NCBI GenBank assembly: GCA_958352885.1 | Contig: CATWQI010000004.1 | Span: 112,179 to 176,178, forward strand | DNA: 64,000 nucleotides | Reading direction: 5' to 3' | Source: an uncultured Duncaniella sp. | Lineage (GTDB): Bacteria; Bacteroidota; Bacteroidia; Bacteroidales; Muribaculaceae | Shown here: one piece after another, positions 55,215 to 64,000 of the stretch | Numbering within the stretch: position 1 is the stretch's first letter | Layout of the letters: each line of letters starts with the position of its first letter | Translations under genes and position numbers: made by a program | The notes under the pieces: model-generated | The model's database searches: none | The model's input: the letters and a program-made list of their open reading frames with translations, nothing else | What the model was told of the DNA's origin: nothing

Positions 55215-56651
55215 ATGATAAATCGAGTTTTGATAAGAATCAAGGTCGTGCAGTTGCTCTATTCATATCTGCTTTCACAGAGCGAGTTCAAGATTGAGCC
55301 TCCAGTTGAGAATCCATCACGCGATAAGAAATATGGTCATGACTTATATGAGGACTTGCTCATGATGGTGCTCGAGATGTCGGGCTATGATGTGAGTGGC
55401 GGACGACGAATGTCACCCCTTAGAGGTATCGCTCTCAACAAGCATATCAACCATAATCTGCTTGCCCGTTCGCTTAACGGTATCGAGGAGATCCGCACTA
55501 TCATACTCAAAGGCCGTTCCGGCGTGTCGGAGTTTGACTCAGTGATTCCTGCCATTTACGATGCGATTCCCACGCTTCCGGCTTATAAGAGCTATATCCG
55601 CCTGAAGAATGTGGAAATTAAGGATGATGTGGCGCTTTGGGTGTCAATCATCAATAATCTTGTCGCAAATAATCCTGAATTTGTAGCCGTGGCACGTAAG
55701 AATCCGGAATTTACGGTAGCCGGTTTCACCCGGGGTGTCAATTCGCTGATAAGTACTCTCAACGATTATAACAACAACCGCACGCTGTATAATCATGTGC
55801 GGCATGCGCTTGATTATTCGCTTGACAAGGCATATGAACTGTATTTCAGTCTCCTTCTTCTTTCGGATGAGATTACCCGCATGCAGGATTTGCGCCTCGA
55901 CAATGCCAAGCATAAACTACTGCCTACCGATGAGGACTTGCATCCGAATATGCGGTTTGTGGAAAATAAGTTTGTAAAGGCGCTGACCGAGAACACTGAC
56001 TTCCGTGAATTTGTTGATAAGAAAAAGCTTTCATGGGATGCGGATGACGCACTTGTGCGCGGTTTGCTTGACAAGATACTCACCAGCGACATTTATGCCG
56101 AGTATATGAGTTCGGAAACAGAGCCTACATTCGAGGAGGACAGCGATTTCTGGCGGCAGGTGTACAAAAGCATAATCCTTCCAAGCGATGAGCTCGCCGA
56201 GTCACTTGAGTCCAAGTCGGTGTACTGGAACGATGATATCCATGTGATGGGTACATTTGTCATCAAGACTTTGCGCAAGTATTGCCAGAGCAAGGATGGA
56301 AGCGATGTGAAGCTTCTGCCTCAGTACAAGGATTCGGAAGATGAGGAATTCGGTCCGCATCTTTTTGAGGCGGCAGTCAAGAACTATGGTGAATACCGTG
56401 ACTTGATTGACGGTTTTGTGAACCAGCATCGTTGGGATGCCGACCGTCTGGCATTCATGGACATTGTCATAATGGTGGCTGCCATAACCGAGCTGCTTGA
56501 GTATCCTGCCATACCGATTGCTGTGACGCTTAACGAGTACATTGAAATCGCAAATGCTTACAGCACTCCTAAGAGCGGTTCGTTTATCTATGGTATCCTT
56601 TATTCTGTAATAAAGAAACTTAAGGAGGATGGCAGGCTCTTTAAAGCGTGA
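55215..56651 (+). CDS. nusB: Transcription antitermination factor NusB, unusually long (478 aa) form
   Basis: C-terminus DRLAFMDIVIMVAAITELLEYPAIPIAVTLNEYIEIANAYSTPKSGSFIYGILYSV matches the NusB core motifs. The N-terminus is NusB-like (RVLIRIKVVQLLYSY). Gene order nusB-yajC-ybbR-coaE is conserved in Bacteroidetes. Confidence 0.6.
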   Translation: MINRVLIRIKVVQLLYSYLLSQSEFKIEPPVENPSRDKKYGHDLYEDLLMMVLEMSGYDVSGGRRMSPLRGIALNKHINHNLLARSLNGIEEIRTIILKGRSGVSEFDSVIPAIYDAIPTLPAYKSYIRLKNVEIKDDVALWVSIINNLVANNPEFVAVARKNPEFTVAGFTRGVNSLISTLNDYNNNRTLYNHVRHALDYSLDKAYELYFSLLLLSDEITRMQDLRLDNAKHKLLPTDEDLHPNMRFVENKFVKALTENTDFREFVDKKKLSWDADDALVRGLLDKILTSDIYAEYMSSETEPTFEEDSDFWRQVYKSIILPSDELAESLESKSVYWNDDIHVMGTFVIKTLRKYCQSKDGSDVKLLPQYKDSEDEEFGPHLFEAAVKNYGEYRDLIDGFVNQHRWDADRLAFMDIVIMVAAITELLEYPAIPIAVTLNEYIEIANAYSTPKSGSFIYGILYSVIKKLKEDGRLFKA

Positions 56652-56704
56652 CAAACAAAATAAGTAAATAACCCAAATAACTACTAAATAAAAAAACGTT
56701 CGAA

Positions 56705-57025
56705 ATGCTTAACACTATCTTACTGCAAGCCCAGGGCGCTGCATGGACCAACATTCTGATGATTGTGGCTCTTATCGCAATCTTCTATCTCTTCATGATT
56801 CGTCCGCAGCAGAAGCGCCAGAAAGAAATCCGCAAGTTCCGTGAAGGTCTCAAACCCGGCGATTCCGTTGTGACTGCCGGTGGTATCTATGGCAAGATTC
56901 GTGCCGTCAACGAGAATACATTCTCAGTTGAAATCACACAGGGTGTCCGCATCACTATTGACAAGGGCTCTGTATATCCTTCAGCGCAACAGGCTACTGA
57001 GGATGCCGCACAGGCTCAGAAGTAA
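56705..57025 (+). CDS. yajC: Preprotein translocase subunit YajC
   Basis: Single TM, then LFMIRPQQKRQKE...GDSVVTAGGIYGKI, a YajC signature. 106 aa. Confidence 0.85.
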   Translation: MLNTILLQAQGAAWTNILMIVALIAIFYLFMIRPQQKRQKEIRKFREGLKPGDSVVTAGGIYGKIRAVNENTFSVEITQGVRITIDKGSVYPSAQQATEDAAQAQK

Positions 57026-57067
57026 TAATTCGGAAATAGATTCATAGAATTCTGCAAACCTATCGTC

Positions 57068-58039
57068 ATGAACGAGAAAGCGCAAGAAATCCATAAAAAA
57101 GTCAAAGCCGCGCTCCATTCGAGCCGGGGCAAGGATGTGTTGCTTTACCTCTTGTTCGTGGCGGTGGCTTTTGTTTTCTGGGTGTTCCTGTCGCTCGACA
57201 CCGAGGTGCAACGTGACTTTGATGTGCCTCTCGAAGTGCAGGATATACCTGACAGTGTGACGGTGATAAACCAGATACCTCCTGAGTTGGGGGTAAGTGT
57301 CAAAGGCAAGGACTCCCAGCTGCTGCGTTACATGTGGGGCAAAATATCGCCTGTGAAGTTCAAGTGGGACGAGAATCTGGTAGAGAATGCTTTTGTGCTT
57401 CAGCGTGCAAAGGTCGAGGCCCGTCTGCGGGACTACTTTGGAGCCGGTGTGCAGGTCGTGTCGTATCGTCCGGACTCTGTCAGAGTTGACTATACTACTC
57501 TTCCCGGTGTGAAGGTGAGACTTAATGTCCAGGCAGACATTCATCCGAATCTCCAATATATAATATCGGGACCCATTAAGGCGAATGTTGATTCCGTGAC
57601 TTTATATTCCGCAACTGACTTGCCTCATTCCCTTAAGATAGTTTCCACCGAGCCGATAGTCAAGTCGGAACTTAAGGATACCATGCGCTATGAGGTGAGG
57701 GTGAAACCTATAGCCGGCGTGAGGATTGTGCCTGACAAGGTGACTGTCACAGTCCCTGTGGAGCCGCTTATCTCACGCAAGCGCTCAATTAACCTTGACG
57801 TGGTGAATCTGCCGGCTGACAAGGGGCTCATAACTTTCCCGTCCAAGGTGGATATATCGTACCTTGTGCCTATGAGTGCTTACAATGATGATTATCCGGT
57901 TAAGGCTTATGTCGACTACAATGATATCAGACCGTCGCGCAAGAAAGTGCCTGTTTCGTTATCGGTGATTCCCGAGATTTATCATAATCTATCATTCTCC
58001 CCTGACAGCGTGGAGTACATTATTGAGAATAATAAGTAG
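57068..58039 (+). CDS. YbbR-like domain protein (CdaR-like)
   Basis: N-terminal TM, then repeated YbbR-type beta-rich modules. Its position after yajC is conserved. Confidence 0.7.
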   Translation: MNEKAQEIHKKVKAALHSSRGKDVLLYLLFVAVAFVFWVFLSLDTEVQRDFDVPLEVQDIPDSVTVINQIPPELGVSVKGKDSQLLRYMWGKISPVKFKWDENLVENAFVLQRAKVEARLRDYFGAGVQVVSYRPDSVRVDYTTLPGVKVRLNVQADIHPNLQYIISGPIKANVDSVTLYSATDLPHSLKIVSTEPIVKSELKDTMRYEVRVKPIAGVRIVPDKVTVTVPVEPLISRKRSINLDVVNLPADKGLITFPSKVDISYLVPMSAYNDDYPVKAYVDYNDIRPSRKKVPVSLSVIPEIYHNLSFSPDSVEYIIENNK

Positions 58040-58051
58040 GAGGGTGCAGAT

Positions 58052-58624
58052 ATGCTTACGGCTATCGTGGGAGGTATAGGCAGTGGCAAGTCGGTGGTGA
58101 GCCGTATTGTCGAAATCATGGGATACGAGGTCTATGACTGTGATTCACGTGCCAAACTTTTGATGGATGCCAGTGATGATATCATGTCTCGGATTAAGAG
58201 TGAGATTCATGATGAATGTGTGGTGGACTGCAAGATTGACCGTAAACGTCTTGCTGAAATCGTGTTTGGGGATGAAGAGGCTTTGAATAAGCTTAATGCC
58301 ATAGTACATGCTGCTGTGCGTGAGGATTTAAAGCGTTGGGTGGAAAGCCGAGACAAGGATAAGGTTCTGTTTGTAGAGACAGCCATCTTGTATCAGAGTG
58401 GTCTTGACCGGATGGTTGATGCTGTCTGGGAGATTGACGCTCCGGTTGACTTGCGGGTAGAGAGGGTGATGGCTCGTAATTCCATAAACCGTGAAGAGGT
58501 GCTGGCACGTATTGCAGCGCAGGATTCTTATGTCCCTGTTTCGCTGCATCCGTCAGTCACGCATATAATAAATGATAACGATATGCCGCTTCTGCCACAG
58601 GTAGAGCTATTGTTGGGAAATTAG
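58052..58624 (+). CDS. coaE: Dephospho-CoA kinase
   Basis: P-loop GGIGSGKS at the N-terminus. 190 aa. Typical CoaE layout. Confidence 0.85.
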   Translation: MLTAIVGGIGSGKSVVSRIVEIMGYEVYDCDSRAKLLMDASDDIMSRIKSEIHDECVVDCKIDRKRLAEIVFGDEEALNKLNAIVHAAVREDLKRWVESRDKDKVLFVETAILYQSGLDRMVDAVWEIDAPVDLRVERVMARNSINREEVLARIAAQDSYVPVSLHPSVTHIINDNDMPLLPQVELLLGN

Positions 58625-58664
58625 AAAAACAGCTGATGGCTAAACTTAGTTAAAGCACGATTCA

Positions 58665-59720
58665 ATGGGTGGGGTTTTCGAAAAGGTCGTGGTTGTTGGT
58701 CCGGATTATAGGGCGACCGGTGGTATTGCTTCTGTGATTTCAGGTTACAGACAACATATAGATGGTCTGAGTTTTATCAAGTCGAATAGCAGGCATGGAT
58801 TTATTTGCGGGGTAGTAAATTTGATAGGATTGTTATTCAGACTACCTTTTGCCCGTATATCCGGTAGAAAGATTTTACATATACATTCGGCGTCAGGAAA
58901 GTCGTTTGTAAGAAAATCGATTATTGTGTTATGGGGAAGAGCGCTTGGTTTTAAAATCGTGTTTCATTGTCATGGTGGAATGATGAAGGAATATGTAGGA
59001 CGGGTGGGGGTGCGCAGAGTAAGAAACATATTAGTGCGGTGTGACGTAGTAATAGTTTTGTCGCAAACATGGAAAGCTTGGTATGAACAAATTTTTAATC
59101 TGCAGAATATCAAGCAGCTAAACAATACGATAAGTATAGTCCCGCAGCGCATAATAAATAAAAAACAGTCCGGGAAAATCAGATTTTTGTTTTTGGGAGA
59201 GATATGCGAACGAAAGGGTGTATGGGATTTGGTGGAAGCTGCCAGGATACTTAATAGTGATTTTTATGGCAAGTTCGAGGTAGTAATAGGTGGAGGAGGT
59301 GAAAAAGATAGACTGTATACGGAAATAAGTGATAACGGATTGGAAGATGTTGTTAAGCCGGCAGGTTGGATAACCGGTTCGGCAAAGATGGGATATCTGG
59401 GTAATGCTGATGTGATGGTGTTGCCTTCCTATGTGGAAGGACTTCCGATATCGATACTGGAAGGGTGTGCTTTCGGGCTCCCTGCAATTTCCACGACAGT
59501 TGGCGGTATACCGGATATAATAAAAGACGGGAACAATGGAATTTTGATTGCACCCGGGGATGTGGAGGCATTAGCGACGGCTATGAGAAAATTTATCGAG
59601 AACCCATCCTTGATTGAGAGTTATTCAGATAACGCCTTGAAAGCATTTGCTCCATATGCTATACATGAAGTGAAAGAAAAATTGAGATCAATCTATGAAA
59701 ATGTATTGCTACAGGAATAG
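58665..59720 (+). CDS. Glycosyltransferase family 4 (GT-B fold)
   Basis: C-terminal E-x7-E-type region (LPSYVEGLPISILEGCAFGLPAISTTVGGIPDII). First gene of a lower-GC polysaccharide locus. Confidence 0.8.
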   Translation: MGGVFEKVVVVGPDYRATGGIASVISGYRQHIDGLSFIKSNSRHGFICGVVNLIGLLFRLPFARISGRKILHIHSASGKSFVRKSIIVLWGRALGFKIVFHCHGGMMKEYVGRVGVRRVRNILVRCDVVIVLSQTWKAWYEQIFNLQNIKQLNNTISIVPQRIINKKQSGKIRFLFLGEICERKGVWDLVEAARILNSDFYGKFEVVIGGGGEKDRLYTEISDNGLEDVVKPAGWITGSAKMGYLGNADVMVLPSYVEGLPISILEGCAFGLPAISTTVGGIPDIIKDGNNGILIAPGDVEALATAMRKFIENPSLIESYSDNALKAFAPYAIHEVKEKLRSIYENVLLQE

Positions 59721-59741
59721 TCATCGGTGGATTTACCGTCG

Positions 59742-60632
59742 CTAATAAAGAAGGGTATCCATCCATTTTTGAACGTAAATTTTATCATGCATTCCTGGTG
59801 TGAGCGTGATTTCTCCGAAATAAACATGCCCGTTGATTACATATAGGTCAATTCTGACATATTTGTGTGGGGCGGCAAGTTTGCGCACGATTTGTTTCAT
59901 TTCTTCGAAACATGGAGGTTTGTCAGTACGCGCGGGGTTTATATACAGCTTGTTTAGAAACCGGTCAGCAGGTTTCCAATCCATGTCATAGGCTTCAGTT
60001 TTAAATGTGAATTTTGCTGTGCGATTGGAAAAAACCATAACTACGCGCGGAATACCATTGGTGCAATAAAATTTGTAGTCGACTAATGAGGATGAATTGC
60101 CATCCTGTTTCATATATTCTTCCGCGATTATGCAAGGTGAAATCAAGGAATAGTGTAATTGTCCGGTAAGTTCACCGAAAGGGAAGTTTAGGCTTTTATG
60201 CAGTTGTTGCCGTATCGACTCCGGTGAGATTAGATTCTTGTCTTTCACAATTATATTAGTGCCGCAGCTATTGTTTGTTTTCAGGACGAATGATTGAGGC
60301 ATTTTCTCAAAATCAATATCTGATGGAGCCTTATACGCACCATACAATGGGATGAGGTATTTATCGCCAATTGTGGATGCGACATATTCTCTAACTTGCA
60401 ATTTGTCGGCTAATGATGCCCAGAAATGATTATTACGATTTTCCCAGGATGAAACCAATACCATTCCGTAGTAATCCTTTGGAGAGTTGAAGTTGAGGTA
60501 TCTGAACTTGCTCTTGAAATATCGGATGCGAAGGATTAGTTTCGGCATGCGTTTAGCGACAATAGCGATGTATTTTATGATGTGCATGAATTGAACAGGA
60601 TAAGTAGAGAAAAGATGGGCTAAATTTGCCAT
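59742..60632 (-). CDS. ATP-grasp-fold amidoligase, TupA-like
   Basis: About 296 aa, with YVLKTNNSCG and EITLTPG-type segments resembling ATPgrasp_TupA proteins found in polysaccharide loci. Assignment from memory of the family. Confidence 0.55.
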   Translation of the reverse strand: MANLAHLFSTYPVQFMHIIKYIAIVAKRMPKLILRIRYFKSKFRYLNFNSPKDYYGMVLVSSWENRNNHFWASLADKLQVREYVASTIGDKYLIPLYGAYKAPSDIDFEKMPQSFVLKTNNSCGTNIIVKDKNLISPESIRQQLHKSLNFPFGELTGQLHYSLISPCIIAEEYMKQDGNSSSLVDYKFYCTNGIPRVVMVFSNRTAKFTFKTEAYDMDWKPADRFLNKLYINPARTDKPPCFEEMKQIVRKLAAPHKYVRIDLYVINGHVYFGEITLTPGMHDKIYVQKWMDTLLY

Positions 60633-60677
60633 GTATAATAATAAACGAAATGTTATGGACGTTTATTAGATAAATTA

Positions 60678-61502
60678 ATGAATTTTTTATTTTTGTTTCA
60701 GATGATGTGTCGTACGATATTGACATTCATAATATTAATAAGTTTCGTTTCGTGTTCAACGAAAAAGACTGTTCTACCATATTTTACAGATATATCAGCG
60801 GTTAAGGAGGGGACTTTGCCCGGTGACAATTATCTTGCAAAGATTCAGCCTGACGATGAGCTGTTTATTTCCGTTACTTCCTCAAGTCCTGAGGCTACCG
60901 CTGTGTATAATCTTCCGCTAAGCAATCCGGCAACCAAGGATATTCTGGGAAACTATATTTCGCCGTCCGTACAGACCTATGTGGTGGATTCCAAAGGTGA
61001 CATTCTGTTTCCTGAGATAGGTAAGATACATGTGGCAGGGATGGACGTGGAGCAGTTGAGGGAGAAGCTTGTCAGCGAGATTTCACGTGATGTCAACGAC
61101 CCGGTAGTGAGGGTCGAATTAGTGAATTTTAAGGTCAATGTGGCTGGAGAAGTCGCACGCCCGGGACAGATAGATGTCAACCGCAACCGGTTTACCATTC
61201 TTGATGCTCTCTCCGCAGCCGGTGACCTTACACAGTATGGCGAACGCTCGAATGTGTTGGTTATACGTGAGGAAAATGGTGAAAAGAAGTATGCGCATCT
61301 TGACTTGAATTCGTCGGAAGTACTTACATCGCCTTATTATTACGTGAAGCAGAATGACTACATATATGTAGAGCCAAACAAGGTACGCCAGTCTAATTCG
61401 ACATACAATCAGGATAACGCTTTTAAGCTGTCGGTAGTGTCTACCGTGGTCAGCGCAGCATCAGTCATAGCCTCTCTCGTCATCGCATTAACAGTCAAGT
61501 AG
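60678..61502 (+). CDS. wza: Polysaccharide export outer-membrane protein (Wza/BexD family)
   Basis: Lipoprotein-like signal. Poly_export motif (PGDNYLAKIQPDDELFISV). SLBB-like region (FTILDALSAAGDLT). Confidence 0.75.
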   Translation: MNFLFLFQMMCRTILTFIILISFVSCSTKKTVLPYFTDISAVKEGTLPGDNYLAKIQPDDELFISVTSSSPEATAVYNLPLSNPATKDILGNYISPSVQTYVVDSKGDILFPEIGKIHVAGMDVEQLREKLVSEISRDVNDPVVRVELVNFKVNVAGEVARPGQIDVNRNRFTILDALSAAGDLTQYGERSNVLVIREENGEKKYAHLDLNSSEVLTSPYYYVKQNDYIYVEPNKVRQSNSTYNQDNAFKLSVVSTVVSAASVIASLVIALTVK

Positions 61503-61520
61503 CCAATAAGTATCGGGAAT

Positions 61521-63806
61521 ATGGCAAAAAGAAATCCAACGGACTATATAGATTTAAAATCACTCCTTAATACCTACATATCAAAATGGTATTGTTTCGT
61601 AATATCGATTGTTGTGTGCGGTGCATTGGGATTTGTATATGTAAAACGTCATCCAAGAGAGATGGCGGTCCGTGCCAATGTGCTGATACAGCCTGAAAAC
61701 AATGGGATGATGGCAAATTTCGGCAGCCTTGTGAATGTGTTCGGCTCAAATGGATATGTGGATGATGAGATATTTGTGATTAGCTCACATTCGTTGTACA
61801 GGGATGTCGTAAAAAAGCTTGGCATTAATAAGCTCCATTTTGTCAAGGATGGATTTTTGACCTCCTCTCTTGCATATCCGGAGTATCCTGTCGATGTTGT
61901 GTCCACAGGCATCGCCGACACCCTGAGAGTATCGGTTGTGTTCAGGATAAAGGTAAATAAGGAAGGGAAAGCCGACATAAAGGTTAAGTCAAAGAATGAG
62001 ACGCTGTCAGATGTCAGAAATGTCAAGTTGCCGGCTATTGTCAAGACGATATACGGTGATTTTACTGTGATGGAAACAAAATGGTACCCGAAAGATAATG
62101 ATGTCAATACGACTGTAGTTTTTTCAGGGTATGAAAAGGCTGCGGAAGGTCTTACGGCAGACGTGATAGTCGATATCCCGAGTCGAAAGAGTAATGTGAT
62201 TTCGTTAGGGTATGACACTCAGAATCCGGAATATGGATGTGCTATTCTTAATGAGATTATGGCACAATATAATACACGCGGAGTGCTGGAAAAGAATTTG
62301 CAAGGCGAGAAAACCGCTGAATTCATCAGGGAAAGATTGGCGATTCTATCCGGAGATCTGAACAGAGCAGAGTCTGATATCCAGAAGTATAAGGAGCAGA
62401 ACGGAATTGTGGATGTAGCTTCCGAAGCTGTGTATCAGACTGAGAAAAAAGGTATTCTTGAAGGCGAGCTTTTGGAGGCGGCTACTGAAATGGAGATTCT
62501 TAGAATGACCAGGGATTTTCTGAAAGACACAGTAAACCGCTATGACCTTGTGCCTGTTGATGTGAGCAACGAGGCTGTACAGAAAGGAGTGCAGGAATAT
62601 AATGAACTGGCTTTGAAAAGAGTCCGGTTGCTTAAAAGTGCGAAGTCAGGCAATCCGATACTTCTGCAATTGTCGCAGCAGATGGATGCCGCAAGAAACA
62701 ATATACTGTTTACTGCGGAGAAAGCTTTGAAAGCCTCGGAAATAAGGCTGAAGGAATTGCATCGGGAAAAAAGCTTGGCGGATTCAAGGCTCAGTGGAAT
62801 TCCGACACAGGAACGCGAGTATGTTGATAAGAAACGCCAGCAGGAGGTGAAGCAGCAGTTATATCTGTTCTTGCTTCAGAAGCAGGAGGAAACGGCAATG
62901 CTGCTTGCAAATTCATCACCCAAAGGGGTGGTGATAGACAAAGCATATACGCTTAGTGAGCCTTTGGGGGTATCCGAGAAGTTGGTGATGGCTTTATTTT
63001 TGTTAATCGGACTCATTATACCGCCGATCGGCATATATATATACGGACTACTGCGTAATAAGTTTGATACGAGGGAGGAGGTGGAGAAATACATTTCCGC
63101 TCCGATACTCGGAGAAATGTGCCTTGACAAATCCGGAAATAGTCTTGTGGTTGCTGACAAGGACACCTCATCGTCAAGCGAACTGTTCCGCCTGTTAAGG
63201 AGCAACTTGCTTTTTGTCCTTAACAATAAAGAAGATAAAGTTGTGCTTCTCACTTCCACACAGTCGGGCGAAGGTAAGACATTCATAGCTATAAACCTTG
63301 CGGCATCATTAGGCTTGCTTCAAGGGAAAAAGGTACTTATAATAGGGATGGATATAAGGAATCCGCAGGTCGGGAATTATCTCGGCATATCGTCCAATGT
63401 CGGATTGACCAACTATCTCTCAAGTTCTGATATGACAATTGACTCGATTATTATTGATGTCCCGTCGTTCGAGAATCTGGATTTGATTGTTGCCGGTCCG
63501 ATTCCTCCTAACCCGGCAGAATTGCTCGCCTCGCCAAAACTTGATGTTATGTTTGGGGAGCTGAGAGAGAGGTATGATTACATAATAGTCGATACCGCCC
63601 CTGTCGGCATGGTGAGCGATACATTTACTCTTAACCGTATAGCTGATGCCACTATCTACGTCACACGAGTTAATTACAGCACCGTTTCAGACTTGAAATT
63701 CATTGAGAGTGTGTACGAAGAGCATAGATTGAAAAAACTATCGGTGGTAATCAACGGTACGAAGTCGAAAAAAGGCTATGGTTACGGTTATGGCAGGGGA
63801 CAATAG
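61521..63806 (+). CDS. wzc: Polysaccharide co-polymerase / BY-family tyrosine kinase (Wzc-like)
   Basis: Two TM segments flanking a coiled-coil periplasmic domain. Cytoplasmic Walker A (TSTQSGEGKTFIAINLA), Walker A'/B, and a Tyr-rich tail (KGYGYGYGRGQ). Confidence 0.85.
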   Translation: MAKRNPTDYIDLKSLLNTYISKWYCFVISIVVCGALGFVYVKRHPREMAVRANVLIQPENNGMMANFGSLVNVFGSNGYVDDEIFVISSHSLYRDVVKKLGINKLHFVKDGFLTSSLAYPEYPVDVVSTGIADTLRVSVVFRIKVNKEGKADIKVKSKNETLSDVRNVKLPAIVKTIYGDFTVMETKWYPKDNDVNTTVVFSGYEKAAEGLTADVIVDIPSRKSNVISLGYDTQNPEYGCAILNEIMAQYNTRGVLEKNLQGEKTAEFIRERLAILSGDLNRAESDIQKYKEQNGIVDVASEAVYQTEKKGILEGELLEAATEMEILRMTRDFLKDTVNRYDLVPVDVSNEAVQKGVQEYNELALKRVRLLKSAKSGNPILLQLSQQMDAARNNILFTAEKALKASEIRLKELHREKSLADSRLSGIPTQEREYVDKKRQQEVKQQLYLFLLQKQEETAMLLANSSPKGVVIDKAYTLSEPLGVSEKLVMALFLLIGLIIPPIGIYIYGLLRNKFDTREEVEKYISAPILGEMCLDKSGNSLVVADKDTSSSSELFRLLRSNLLFVLNNKEDKVVLLTSTQSGEGKTFIAINLAASLGLLQGKKVLIIGMDIRNPQVGNYLGISSNVGLTNYLSSSDMTIDSIIIDVPSFENLDLIVAGPIPPNPAELLASPKLDVMFGELRERYDYIIVDTAPVGMVSDTFTLNRIADATIYVTRVNYSTVSDLKFIESVYEEHRLKKLSVVINGTKSKKGYGYGYGRGQ

Positions 63807-63815
63807 TTTATAGAT

Positions 63816-64000
63816 ATGGTCGAGAAGTATAAGTTATATGCCGGAACGCTTTTTGCCGCTTTATGGATTTCATTGTGCTGGGGATTTGTGCAAGAGGAAT
63901 TCATAGGTTCGCTTGAAAGAGTTCGTCCGTTCATATTTCTGCTGCTTGATTTAATATTTATTATTCTTGGGGCATTTGCACTTAGGAATAAACGAGATGT
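63816..64000 (+). CDS. 5' end of a membrane protein gene (truncated by window end), possibly Wzy/O-antigen-ligase-like
   Basis: ATG at 63816, then the hydrophobic MVEKYKLYAGTLFAALWISLCWGFV...FIFLLLDLIFIILGAF, open to the window end. Confidence 0.3.
   Translation, partial: MVEKYKLYAGTLFAALWISLCWGFVQEEFIGSLERVRPFIFLLLDLIFIILGAFALRNKRD

Noticed and set aside
1-64000. Search for CRISPR arrays, integrases or transposases, rRNA or tRNA genes, and obvious toxin-antitoxin or restriction-modification pairs
   Set aside because: I found no regularly spaced direct repeats, no recombinase or transposase-like ORFs, and no tRNA-like or rRNA-like sequence by eye. The window appears to be core chromosome plus the start of a glycan locus.

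Overview
This 64-kb window reads as core chromosome of a Bacteroidales bacterium (Bacteroides- or Muribaculaceae-like, about 49% GC). Supporting signs: many Bacteroides-type TAnnTTTG -7 promoter boxes placed sensibly upstream of genes; a Rho factor with a long Q/N/K/A-rich N-terminal insertion; type III glutamine synthetase (GlnN); LL-DAP aminotransferase (DapL); a Bacteroidetes-type LptD; and no Shine-Dalgarno dependence.

Gene content is mostly housekeeping:
- Amino-acid and cofactor metabolism: serB, surE, mtaB, dapF-dapL, glnN plus a PurF-like amidotransferase, coaBC, gmk, nadD, rpiB, coaE.
- Replication and repair: dnaN with a DEDDh exonuclease, recN.
- RNA and translation-related: tsaB, yicC, rho, nusB, yajC.
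- Envelope proteins: LptD, OM beta-barrels, an ECF sigma / anti-sigma / Spy-like / alpha-2-macroglobulin cluster, and a TonB-dependent-receptor-like protein downstream of a LuxR-type regulator fragment.
- From about 58.6 kb the window enters a lower-GC polysaccharide biosynthesis/export locus (GT4, TupA-like ATP-grasp, Wza, Wzc BY-kinase).

I found no integrase, transposase, CRISPR array, rRNA or tRNA. Several starts use GTG/TTG (recN, rlmB-like, mtaB) or sit downstream of the most-upstream start in the ORF track (serB, GT2, PurF-like, coaBC, exonuclease, PEP-binding protein).

Candidates worth a second look:
1. A 650-bp ORF-free AT-rich island between convergent genes, with two promoter boxes and a roughly 19-bp terminal hairpin. 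This is a candidate small RNA.
2. A roughly 1000-aa protein with two receiver-like domains fused to a PEP/pyruvate-binding (PPDK_N-like) domain and no His swivel domain.
3. A divergent lipoprotein / PCMD-lipoprotein / porin-like beta-barrel trio.
4. An unusually long (478 aa) NusB.
5. A Rho with a prion-like N-terminal domain and a roughly 385-nt leader.
6. A polytopic membrane protein with a GT-C-like DD motif.
7. A secreted hypothetical protein translationally coupled to the PurF-like gene.

None of these is a clear-cut novel multi-gene system. The window is predominantly ordinary.
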